DNA of 52,648 bases from Craspedostauros australis (Eukaryota): the NCBI GenBank assembly GCA_030167865.1, contig JALAGF010005801.1:1-52648 (forward strand). The letters are read 5' to 3'. A program made the translations under genes and the position numbers. A model generated the notes under the pieces. It had not been told where the DNA came from. It saw nothing but the letters and a program-made list of their open reading frames with translations, and made no database searches. Below, piece by piece: positions 32,901 to 43,588 of the stretch (position 1 is the stretch's first letter; the number at the start of each line of letters is the position of its first letter).

Positions 32901-33226
32901 AGATGCGAGAATATGGACCGCTTCTCACGCAGGGACTCCGCGAAGGCGTCCATGGCATCGTCGTACTCCTTCTGCCGCACGTGGTGCTCGCCGAGCTGAT
33001 CCAGAGACGTGGCCAACGCTGCCCGTGCCTGATGCACCGCATCGCGCTTGGTGTCCACGTCGACCTTCAGCACATGGTAGTCGCCGTTGAGCTTGGGTGC
33101 CGAGGTTGAGATCGTGAGACTTCGCCGCTTGGTCGACGGCGAGAGACCGCGTGTCGCGGAGTCGCGTCGGGACATTCCATTGCGAGATCTCCGAATCGGT
33201 GATGATAGTCTGCTGGTGGTGTACAT
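29951..33226 (-). CDS. Kinesin-light-chain/nephrocystin-3-type TPR-repeat protein (1091 aa)
   Basis: Nine C-terminal TPR units of ~42 aa (e.g. HPEVAGILHYIGAIYSKRGDYDEAMACYQEGIRIY, HADVASAYKNLGNIHYKLGDLADAERQYRHALSIY) plus two N-terminal TPRs, separated by low-complexity linkers. Confidence 0.93.
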   Translation of the reverse strand: MYTTSRLSSPIRRSRNGMSRRDSATRGLSPSTKRRSLTISTSAPKLNGDYHVLKVDVDTKRDAVHQARAALATSLDQLGEHHVRQKEYDDAMDAFAESLREKRSIFSHLLPSPGTTPREALGCSPSSAHSGSFFGNDTISLFSDDDGSNLSGAHDHTIDQIVLTLRNMGNVHSLRGEQDEAMRYFSEVTSLRAQKRPASLLAGEAGDEAWAGAMSSPNAASNHQHRNNRDHAFAPNSNQRSSTISADETSTLMSEISEDVKALDDLFQSISFRNQGAKVSSSSALSSPSGVASPVSRDRDSVNGVRHARGDAAGEDQDDPTQSSPRRRTSSRALGSASHNSGRGMSNKRRKGCTSSSASSGIMVDGEGFKRSTSSASKLAADAEPGRIHELQEALAQYARLLDTTHSPRVDEHREYINSLNLRADLIVETKSRTLNDQLKCSLADISSSVSKAPQTTSNAAALELALEVYHHILRLYNEEEDSNMNAGGHDMIRKQAMDMDMDMDMTHHFPILTGDNDHGGDVVNGYVNANASETLADGSTSTGKSTSASTNTSTSTTKRHKRSLSGRVTTNVAAQQLLEGGSSEMGGDTAPSASEVNRNGSTTASGDKDDASSKEQQQHREKVVSDIATVLICMGSIYYKLGDRVKELEMYKRAKVIYQRTFGENHVYVAGTSKNIGTVMAERGEYEDAMEHFEKAKEIYLAVSGNDQMNRDVASAISCMGNVKNRVGELDAALSHYMEALSIYKSVHEHRQHQHQQDAFTSQDHDGSAMHDESGGRREHRKPVTYALRDVTSTLKIIGMVHAKKGDLDTAMRFFQEAMSILRSSGLHKTSVGRETTASVLTRIANIHMKKLDLDQAMSHYREAYDLTVRNRGTTNHPEVAGILHYIGAIYSKRGDYDEAMACYQEGIRIYHATLGPGNPAVAGTLVMVGTIHYKKRNLDSAMMFYREALRLNRDAYGLHHPDVAPILRSIGTILTKQGHYVEAYDVFRDVLSIKCAVHGTCHADVASAYKNLGNIHYKLGDLADAERQYRHALSIYRRIRGEDHSDTIAARTTIEHLRYWMKEREQRHMEERHSRNSSRSHQESDERSC

Positions 33227-33299
33227 CGGAGGATGGGAAGGATGCTGGATGGTCTATGATCGTGTCTGTGTTCGTCGTCGATTGGTAGGAGTATTTGCT

Positions 33300-33932
33300 T
33301 TGCTATGGTATGATATGGTATGATATGAGGTGGTGTGCTATGCTGTGATATGCTGTGATATGAGATGGTGTGATGCAGTGGAGTAGGTTGGAGTGGATTG
33401 AGTGGGAGTGATGGAGTGTGTTCGGATGGAGTGGAATGGACCGATGCTGGTGGGATCGGAACAGGTTTGTGGCGGTTGGAGGCGAAGGAGGAGGATGGAT
33501 TCTGGATGGATTGTTGGATTGTTGGGTGGATGGATGGATGGATGGATGAGGTGCTCTACTCTCTCAGCGATGATCTGCTTCTTTTCTCAGCGATGATCTT
33601 CTTCTCGTCGTGGTTTGATGGATTTCTGTTCGAAGATCGCGCAGTGAGGGAGTGAGGGAGTGAGCAGCAGTGGGAGGAGGAGGAGGAGCACTATTCGTGA
33701 AGCGCAAGTATGAGTGGAGTATTGGACTCTGCTCTGCTCTACTCTCCTCGATTCTCTATGTACTCTCTCAGTACTTAGATGGCACAAGTACTTGTCCGAG
33801 CACGACCACGAGCACGACCACGAGTACGACCACGAGGACGACTACCGTTGCACGGTGCGCGATGCGCAATGCGTTGATTGTTTTGGTCGACGAGCGTGTC
33901 GTTGTTGTTGTTGTTGTTGTTCTTGTTGTTGT
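33300..33932. repeat. Microsatellite-rich region upstream of the TPR gene
   Basis: Degenerate ATGGT/ATGAT pentamers, (GATG)n at ~33527-33548, a 12-bp gagcacgaccac-type unit x4 at ~33798-33845 and (GTT)n at ~33901-33932. Confidence 0.85.
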
Positions 33933-36503
33933 CTCGAAGCAACACGGGATAGCGTGGCGTGTTGCGTGGGGAAAAGTGTCGCAGCGGGGGGCTCACATTG
34001 TGGTCCCAACGGATGGTCGAAAGGGTGCTCCGTCGGCTCGCTGAGACAAGCTCGTCGTTAAGTGGAGATCGCAGGGCACTAATTGCATCGCCGTTGGCAC
34101 CCGATTCAAGCGATGTTTGTCCTCGATGTGGAAGAAAGTACCATAAGTACACTTAACGGTTGGTTGGAGGATGACGGTCGCCACTGACATTTTGGCAGGT
34201 GTCATATTTTGGGATGTTCGAGCGATCGGTGGCGATGTGATCGTGCTCGCTGAATGATTTTGTTCGATGGGGTGGGATGTTGGGCGAGACATGCCAAAAC
34301 CTCGAGCGTTGCGTTTGTCCGTCTGTCTGCGCGATGTTGTTCTCATGGAAAGCGGTTTCCGATGAGAAATGAAGTCATCAAATGGTGGGTGTGCTTCTTG
34401 GATGCAATCAATGTGGTCGGAAACTGCTGGAATCTTGTAGATGCGCGAACCAAGGACGGACGCGTTCTGTTGAACAGAACTGAAACCTCATCCGCTGTGC
34501 ACTCATGTTCTGGTACAACGAAGGGAGGCGAACGAAGCGCGAACCTGAATCTTTTGACATTCATCTGCAAGGGCATGGGAATCCCAGGAGCAGATTGCAG
34601 AGCAGAGCAATGTGTCAGAGCATCCAACTCACGTTGCTTTGCTTTGCTCTCTTTACGTGCCTATTGTACCATCGACGTGTCTTCCTGCGGATTCCTACCA
34701 TCTCCGTACTGGTACCCACGCAGATTGCTCCGATGAGCGGCGATGTTGTGACAGATGTGTCGCGGCAGGTGTGTCGCGGCAGATGCGTTGACCGTTCTGT
34801 CGACTGTGTTGAATGTCCTGGTTTGGCGATGTTCAACTTTGCTGATGTGTGGCTGGCTTGGATTAACGAGATGTGATTGGAGGGTTCTCGATCTAATCCA
34901 CCAAACGAATCCTATGTGATTCGAATGAATCGCGTGGGGATGAGAACGGGGACGGAGCCCCCAAAGTCAGAATGACGTGGATCGAATGCGACCGATTTAT
35001 CTTATGGTTCCATCCAACACATGTCGCAAGAAATGACGTCGGCTCCCCATGTTGTCCATGGACTAGACTGGCTGCCCCATATTTAACGTTCAAATGTAGG
35101 AATATCATGACGCGAGGAACACGAGCAGGCTGGAGCGTCGAGTTTTTGTGGCTACGAGCTTATTGCACATAAGTACCTGGGGAACTTTCTGTGGTCTGGA
35201 CTGCCGCCAAAGACGCCCTCTGTCGTGCACACAGTGGAACGGCGGGCGGTATTTTACATGTGTGGTTTGTGGTTTGTGACCCTTTGGCTATTTGTGGATT
35301 GCGTGTGAAATGAGATTGTATCGGTGCTGCCTGGAAAATTCTTCTTCGTCCCCTGTGCCAGTCGTTTGTGTCGCTGGGGCTGTTTCGCTTCGCTGCTCCG
35401 ACAGATGCCGCGTGTTCTGTGTTCTGTGTTCTGTCTCGTTCGTTCGTTAGTTAGTTTGTGCGTGTGCTTGTGTGCGTGTGTTTGTGTGTGTATTTCGTTC
35501 GTTTCATCTGTCTTCCCCATCCGTTTGGCGGTGCGGAAGGAGTTGAGTGGCGGGATCATTGCGCATGTTTGGCGTGGTGCGAGAAAGATAGTCTGCGAGA
35601 TGATTGGATGGGGAGAGGCAGAGAAAGAGGCAGAAAGGCGAAGAAAGAGGCTGAGAGACGAGACGAGACAAATCCAAAGTCCACATCATCGCTTGTGGGC
35701 GACACCGTCACCTGCTTCACAGCCATCGTCATCACTGTTGGCGTAGTTGTGGGTGTGGCTGTGGGCCTCGCCGTCATCGATGCTGCCGTTGCTATCTTCC
35801 TCATCTTTATCAAACGCTGTCGTTGACACCACACACACCATCCTCCTTCTCCACATCGATGGGCTCTTCCTCTCAGATCGTCCTCTTCCTCTCAGATCGT
35901 CCTTATACTTGCACTTGCACTTACACTTACACTTGTGCTTGCACTGAAAGATCCTGCACTCGTGCTATTGCTTGCGCCCATCACAACAATACCGATCCAT
36001 CCATTCAACAGCCCATCCATTCATTCACTCAGCTACTCATCCAACAGACCCCCTTGAGGGCTGCTGAGAGGAAGGCAAGCAAGGCACGAGAATCTACAAG
36101 CACAAAACCACGCATCATCGGATTGTGCGAACTCAGACGATCAGAACTCTGACGATTGTTTCGACAAACGGTGCTTCTGCATCCAGGTCATCGCGTCTAC
36201 CGAACGCTGGACGCTGTGCTGCTGCAGAAGAGAGAGAGAGAGAGAGAGGCTAACGACTCCGTCTCGTCATCAACGGCTCTTTGTTGCGCAACCCAACAGA
36301 CTTTCATAGCTGTTGCGACTGCTGCTGTTGGGACCGCTGCTACTGCTGCTAAGATCAACGGCCTCCGCCCATCCTCTCGTCGCATAGTCGTACCTGTCGA
36401 CGGATCAACGGATGAACAGACCAACTCATTGATACTACAGACATCAGCATCACAGCAAGACCAGCCCACACATCACAACCCATAGGCACAACCCATAGGC
36501 ACA

Positions 36504-38206
36504 ATGAATCAATCAGGAAGCGTGCCTGCATCGTCGTCGCCACCATCTGGGACAGCCTCCGGATCGGTGCATGCAACTGCGGACCATTCCAACGAAAGAC
36601 CGCACGCTGGAAGGATGGAGCATTCGTACGCGTCGTCCCAATCGGTGGATGGATCTTCGACCTGCGCATCGGCACTGTCATCATCCTCGTTGCTGCGAAC
36701 GACCTCGCGATGCAAGCGGCCTCGGCATGCGTCATCACGTTGCAGCGACGATTCAGACCAGCCTGCCAAGAAACGCGCAGGGACGTCAAGTCCCCACGTT
36801 GCTCTCGTCATCGCCGCGACGCCGTATCCCTTGCAGGACGACTTCTTCGCACACTTCCTGCAGCCGAACCATTGGGAGCGCTTGCCCAACCTGCGACGAT
36901 ATCATCAGCCCACCACCCTGCCCATCCTGGACATGCTGTCCGATGACCTCGTGGGCAACTGCCTCTTCTCAGGATACCTCGACACCTTCGAGACCATGCG
37001 GTTGACGCAAGTTAGCAAGCGGCTGCGATCGGTATCGCGCCATTGCACCAAAAGTCTGGACCTGCACTGCCTGTCCCGGATCAGCCCTGGACAACTTGCC
37101 GGTCTCGTTGCCAACTTCCCGTGTTTGGAGGTGAGTTCTCGTTCGCGTGTCTGCGATCTCTGCCTTGTTGCGTGCATCCAGGTCGCGGTTCCCTTCGACG
37201 CAGCGCAGTAGTGTTGTTCGCGGATGGGCTTCATTCGTTGTTGTTTTCGTTCGATGGCGTCAGCGTATCACATCAATCGACCATGAGTTGATCACGAGTC
37301 GACAATCTCTCACCAACATCCGACTACTCCCAATGCCCGCCGGTTGTGCATGAATCTCTTGCCTTCGCGCTGGTCCCAACCCGCAAACAGAGCTTGGACT
37401 TCAGCTATTGCACCACATTCGGTGCCGAGCACCTGCACGTTCTAACAGCTCTGGCGCCTTCACTCAAGCGGTTGCTGCTCAAGGGCACCAAGGTTCAGGA
37501 CGAGGACCTCATCTCCTTCCTTGACCGTTGCCATGGCCACATCAATCATCATGGCCAGCAGCAGCAGCAGCGACAACAATCGCAGGGATCAACGCTTGCC
37601 TGTCTGCAACTCGAGGAGCTCGACCTATCGGCGACAAGCGCAGCGCAGACGTACAACATTGGCAATGCGACATTGAGACACCTCGCTGTCTCATGCCCGC
37701 GCCTGCGTCGGCTCCGCTTGGGATGGTGCAAGCAAGTCACGGACGAAGGAATCCATCACCTCACTTCGCTGCGGCATCTCATCGAGCTGGATCTGTCCCT
37801 CACCAACGTCTCGGATCTGTCCTGCGTCAATGTCCTCTCGGGTATGCCAAGGCTGCAGCAGCTGGACCTCAGCGCAACGCAGGTCACGAAGGCCGGCATC
37901 GACGCTGTCCTGCGGGAAGACAAGCCGCGATTGCGACAACTTCGGCTGCGTCATCTACCGAGTTTGTGCGTGATGTCCTTGCTCTCACAAATCCAGAAGA
38001 ATGCACCCCAACTACGCTTGTTGGACGTGACATTTTCGATCGACCCTGACTACGAGTACAGTCAGGAAGAGCTATCTTCGCTCAAGGAAGATGCGTCTTC
38101 GCTCCTCCGCACAAGAGCCAATTTCCAGCTGTGCGGATTCCAAAACATACTCGTACTGCCCCAACCCAGCTGCGGCAACGACCAGAAATCGAATGGTACC
38201 GATTGA
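36504..38206 (+). CDS. F-box/LRR-repeat protein (FBXL-like), two exons 36504-37130 and 37391-38206, ~480 aa
   Basis: F-box-like segment LDMLSDDLVGNCLFSGYLDTFETMRLTQVSKRLRSV and Cys-containing LRRs (CPRLRRLRLGWCKQVTDEGI, LIELDLSLTNVSD, LQQLDLSATQVT). Splicing gives a continuous repeat, NFPCLE|SLDFSYC. Confidence 0.9.
37131..37390 (+). other. Spliceosomal intron (260 bp, phase 0)
   Basis: Donor GAG|GTGAGT and acceptor AAACAG|AGC. Removing it joins ORFs 36504 and 37346 in frame. Confidence 0.85.
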
Positions 38207-41200
38207 TTGAATTGATTGAATCAACTGCCTTGATTTGATGACACGGGGGTGGAGAGAAACAACGACACCGACGTCGACATCACTTTCCTATGCTTGCTCT
38301 CGCGCAGTGTCAAACTGGAGAGGCCGTTCTGTTGTGGATGTAGCTCGTGCAGAGCGGTCCCTTTCTCCCAGGGACGCAAGTGCCGCGCTACCATGATGCC
38401 TACATCTACGTATGTATGATGCACGAGCATGGTACGACATTAGTATCTGAAGGGACCCAACAGAGATACAGGAGCACGAGCACGTCATGTACACTCCTCG
38501 TGCGACACCGCCATGATCGTCGACCTACTCCATACTCGCACGCAACGGAACGCAAGCCAAGCGCTGCCTGCAGGGTACCGCAGCTGCTGCCATGGGAAGC
38601 AACAGGAAAGAGTTATGTAACAATACAATAGAAATGCAGATAGCCAAAACGGGATGAAGCGTTGTGTGCATCGAACAGCAGCGTGAGACTTGCAACTGCT
38701 CACGGCAACCGATGGCGCGTCCGGCAGACCTTCACCGTGGACTCAACACGTGCTCGAATGGAGATGGTCATTGATCTTTGTGGAGACTCGCTGTCGGATG
38801 TGTGGGACCAGCGCGAGCACAAGTGGTTCGCATGTGAAGGTCAGTCTGTGCAAGAACGTACCTTGCGCCATACGACATACCATACCCACGAGCGACGAGC
38901 GACAGCATTCCGAGTATTCGTATTCACGCGCGTGCGAACCATACAGTAAAGATCTCATAGGTATTGCGACCATGTTCAATCCCCACATCTCCAACAAGAG
39001 CAAAGTGAGTATAATACTCACAGTGCGTGCACTTGTCCTTCGTGGTCGAGGAAGTGTGGGATACGGAGCGTTTTCACCAGAGCACTCCACGCGTTACTCT
39101 GATCCAAATGATCTCCGAGCTGCCCCACGAGTGTGTACGTGAGGGTAAGATCGAAAATGTGGCTTCGTAACACTGCTACCGATCACAAGGGCAGCTCCCT
39201 GACAAACCGGCTACCTACGGATCTAATTACGACCAGCTGCAGCTGCGAGGAAGCGGTTGCCAACAGATCAGATCGACGGTATCCCCAACCCAGGGCGTAC
39301 CTCGTGTGGGCTGCTGTTATCTGTTCCCCACGAGAAACAGCAAACCGAATGGAGGCGAAGCGCAACAAGTGACAAACCTGACGAAAGGAAGGCGATCGTG
39401 ATGGTGATAGTGATAGCGACGGCGAAGTCTCCACGCACAAATCGCCGAGGCGAATTGGCAGAACTGTCGTCTATGGTTGCTTTTCGCTCCGAATACCAAC
39501 ACCATGGCAGTTAGTTCAAGTATGATTGCGACGGCCCAGTTCCAAGATCAGCAGGTCGTGTACTCGTAGAACTAAAGAGTATTCGTATAACATCACTTGA
39601 TATTTTAGGTAGAGGTTGAGGCTGACCTTCTTGGTGTTGTCTTCCATTTCACTCTCTTTCTCTCTGCTCGTACTCTGGACGTTTGCCTTGGTGCTGTGTT
39701 ACACTATGCATCTCAAAGGTCGACAAGAAGTGCCAATGCCTGCATCTATGGCAGACAGCGCCAACGTCCCTCGTTCCTTGAGATTCCGGTTGATGGTTGA
39801 AAGTCGATGACGATTGCCGTGCCTTCCCCCTTCTCTCTCTCTACTGTTATTCTTGTGAGCGCGGGCATATCCGCCCAGCTGTCAATGCGCTTACTCTACC
39901 ATAGGTCGCACTATACTATTGCAATGCATGCATCCTTCCCATACCTTGTACGTGTGCGGTTGGCAGTGTTCTGTGCTGCCTCCTTCTGCAAATGCCCACC
40001 AGTACACAAAAGCGGTTGTGGAGAGCGTCCTTGGTACTGTATTGGAGTCGATGATGCGCCCATGCCATTCGCTGTGGTGCTGTCAAACAAAAGGCGCGAA
40101 GGGAGCCAAGCGAATGCTGATGCGAATTCTGTTGGATGTATCGACCGTGCCATGGAGTACTCTCTACATGAACGAGAATTCTGAAAAAGGGTGGAGAGAG
40201 GCGGAGGAAACGGTTGGAACAGCACCACGGCTTCGAGGACCAAACAAGGGAAGGGCCGCTCGCCTGCTGCACGTCTCTTCCCCAACACATGCCAGCATAC
40301 CGCCGTGCGAGCGTATGAGTGGGAGTGTGCTGTCCTTTGGAAGCTGACGCCAATCGTCACTCAAGAGGATTGATGTGGCGGTGGTTCACACGAGCCACGA
40401 CGTGTACGTGACACAAACGAAAACGAGAAAGGAGAAACCGAATACAACCAGTAAGAATATGCCAAAGTTCGACTTTCATTTTCAGTCAATCGCCATTACA
40501 CCCACAGAGGCGACAACTGATGAATACTGATGGGTGGAATGGAGAAGCGGGGGGCCGTTTGCGGAAAAGGCCGCGGGCATCTCTGGAATGGTGTACGATG
40601 TGGGAGAGGTACATGGTTTGATTGTTTGATTGTTTGATGAAAGGGTTGGAGGACGTCATGTGGTGGCCTGAGATTCCACGAAGATCGGTGTCGACATGGG
40701 GGAGGCTCGACCAGGCCGTATCATAGGACGAGTACGTATAATGTAATAGCTCGTAAGTTACATCCGCGTCCTCATGCCCACACAGGAGGCAGCATGGAGC
40801 AACACTCGACGGTATCATAAGTGCGACATTACCCAGGCAATCGCACACCTATTGGCACGTACACAAGCAAACGAATCGCTTTCACAACACAATTCATCTG
40901 TCGGGGAATAAATACGTACCATCCTGGCGCATGGCCAATGGGATTTGTGATCGTGGTTGTTGTTGTTGATGTTGTTGTTGCCTTCACCTGGTTCCAATCT
41001 TCACACACTGGCAAACAACGAGGCAGGAACACTACTATGCATTACGATACAATATGTTGGTAGCTCTTCGGGCGGTGGTTGGCAAGGAGGAGGCTGGATG
41101 TGGAGGAGTGTCGAAAATCGGCCTGTGTTGGTGCTCCTCGCAGGGGTAGCCAAGAGATCAAACAGCCGGCACCCCCAATCAGTACAACCATACTCGTGCC

Positions 41201-43374
41201 CGTGCCCGTGCCCGTGCCCGTGCGTTGGAGTGGTGAGTGAAGTGAAGTGGAGTGAACCCAGGCGAGGCGAGTTCAGGGCGAAGCAAACAAGTGAAGTGGA
41301 GTGAAGGGCGCTGTGACATGCCACGAGCATTAGCTCGGACCATGGATGAGCACAGCGATGAGCGCTTGTGCGGTTTGAATCGAAGATGATATGGTCCTAT
41401 TACTACTCTATCCGGACTAGGCGCATTGCTATTAACGGTACATACGGAAAGTACGGCGCATGGTGTACCTTCAGCCAGCGACAAGGAAGAATAAAGCTAC
41501 CAGAGCAGGCTAATAGCGGGTACGCCCGGTTGGAGCCACCCTGAGTTTGTTATGGTAACGAGACCATCGCTCCGCTACCAACGTGCCTTCCGGCCGCGCT
41601 ATTCCTGACGTGGTGAAAAGCTCATGTGATGTTCGTTCTTTTTTGCCCAGCAGATTCTCACGAGGGATCTTTCCGTCCTCGTGACAACAATCGGTTGTTG
41701 TGTGTATTGTTGTAACATCAAGGTGGTTCTTCGTACTCTGGTTCGACCTCGACCTCTCTCTGGTCGTGGACAAGAGGGTCCGCTTCGGGACGGCCTGTGT
41801 GTGTGCTCGATAACAATTCTTGTGGCTCTGCGCATACTCTGCTTGTGCGCGTATCTCCGCGCGGGAGCTTGAATGCGTAACTATTGGAGTGATGTGCCAT
41901 GTCGAGCCCCACAACAATTTCTGTTGCTGGAGAACACGGACTGATCGGCACCATATCTGCAAAAGATACAGGAGGAACAGAAAAGCCCAAAAGGGAGGGT
42001 TAGAATGGAGAAAGCGGAAAAGTATCAGGGAATGCCTTCCGTTTAGCAAGGCGGTAGTCCCTAAGTACCTCCACGGATCAACGGATTGGTGAAGGAAACG
42101 AGAGAGAGCGCGATTCCGGGTTCTTTTCGAACATGGGGATGGTGGAGGTGGAACACACACACAGAAGCGCACAATGTGAAGAAGTTCGTATGACGGTAGC
42201 GAAGCGGCATCAACGGGGACCAAAGCGCAACAGCATCCTCTGTGTATGAATGTACGCAACTCGTTCGAGTACGACGGAGAACGCGCGAAGAGAAGGTGGT
42301 ACGCAGAGCACGAGTTACGACAGGGCGGGCCATTGGTACCAACACAACTCGTTTCGAGACTTGCGCGCCACAACTATGGCAGAGCCACGGTGCTGTAGCG
42401 TTGTATAATATTTTGCACGCAGGCAACGCGCCTGCAAGTACGGTCCAGAACTCCACGGCTCCGTTGTGCTTATGGCTCATGTGCGTGGCTTGTACGCGGT
42501 ATGCACGCGTACAGACACGGTCGATGGATGACAAGGAGAGACGGGAGCGGCTCCTTGAAGCAGAAATCGACTCGCAAACAACGAAACAAGCACAAGTGCG
42601 AGGATTGGAGAGAATAATCAGTTTTCGCCAATGATCATTAGCTCTGCTGCTGTCATGGCAATGGTGTAGACACAGATACTCTACTCTACTCTACTCAACT
42701 CAACATACAAGCTACAATTATACGTATAAAGGTATCCACAGCAGAACCGAAGGTGGTCCGTGAGCATCACGAGCGAGTGCGCATGGGTGCTGTCGAGACC
42801 AGTCGGAGCATCATCAGCACATCATCAACATCATCATCATCAGCAGCAGCAGCACAGCAACAGCAACGCCGTGGACGACGACAACATCATCGGGAGCATT
42901 GGTTCGAGTCAGGCACTTTTTGCGCGCCAAAGTCGAGAGGAAAGAAAGCGGTTTGCGAGGATCAATTCACAAGCCTTGGCTGATTCACAAGCTGATCCAC
43001 AAGCTGAGCTGGCCTCACACACGACGCTTTGGGTTGCATTCGGACAAGAGCTGGGCAACGACACCGGCTGATCCTCACAAGACTGTCCAAGCACGAGTGT
43101 CCACAAGAAGCGCACGATACCAGGATTGCGCCGCAGATGCCATACATGCCGCACATACCATACGATTACACCCACTGAATCGAAGAGTACAACTAATATT
43201 ATACAAGCCAACAAGCACACCCCAAAAGGAGCAAGAGCAACAAGCAACAAGCAAAGCGAGGTGCGCTTGTCAGAGCAGCGATAGTGACAGCCACAGCCAT
43301 CGCCTTGCGGTGTTTTCGCTTCTGCTTTGATTCGCCTCCCATCGATACCTCAGAAATTGGACATTTGCGCGCCA

Positions 43375-43440
43375 CTCACTGTTGGTACTCTCACTGTTGA
43401 TACTCTCACTGTTGGTCCATTCACTGTTGGTACTCTCACT
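43375..43440. repeat. 15-bp minisatellite, ~4.4 copies (CTCACTGTTGGTACT)
   Basis: ctcactgttggtact / ctcactgttgatact / ctcactgttggtcca / ttcactgttggtact / ctcact. Confidence 0.93.
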
Positions 43441-43588
43441 CCTCTCAACCCCGGAGAACGCTTTCGGCCTTCACAATCATCGGCTGTGCTACTAATTCAC
43501 TTGCGTTGGTACCAAGACCGACTTTTGTCCTGCGACCGTGACATTGTCGGTCGGGGCAGCAAGCAACACCGAAGCGTGGCACCATCCA

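Noticed and set aside
41510..42373. 287-aa minus-strand ORF, and similar ORFs at 48203-48685 and 50768-51274
   Set aside because: They show C/H/R-rich random-like composition and no recognisable domain (41510-42373 also lacks an ATG start). ORFs like this are expected in this stop-poor intergenic DNA.
42895..42925. Box-B-like GGTTCGAGTC followed by a T-run (tRNA/SINE?)
   Set aside because: No T-stem pairing, acceptor stem or box A could be built. A similar motif on the minus strand near 50700 also fails to fold.
43375..43440. CRISPR-like array
   Set aside because: The units are contiguous 15-mers with no unique spacers, there are no cas genes, and the context is eukaryotic.
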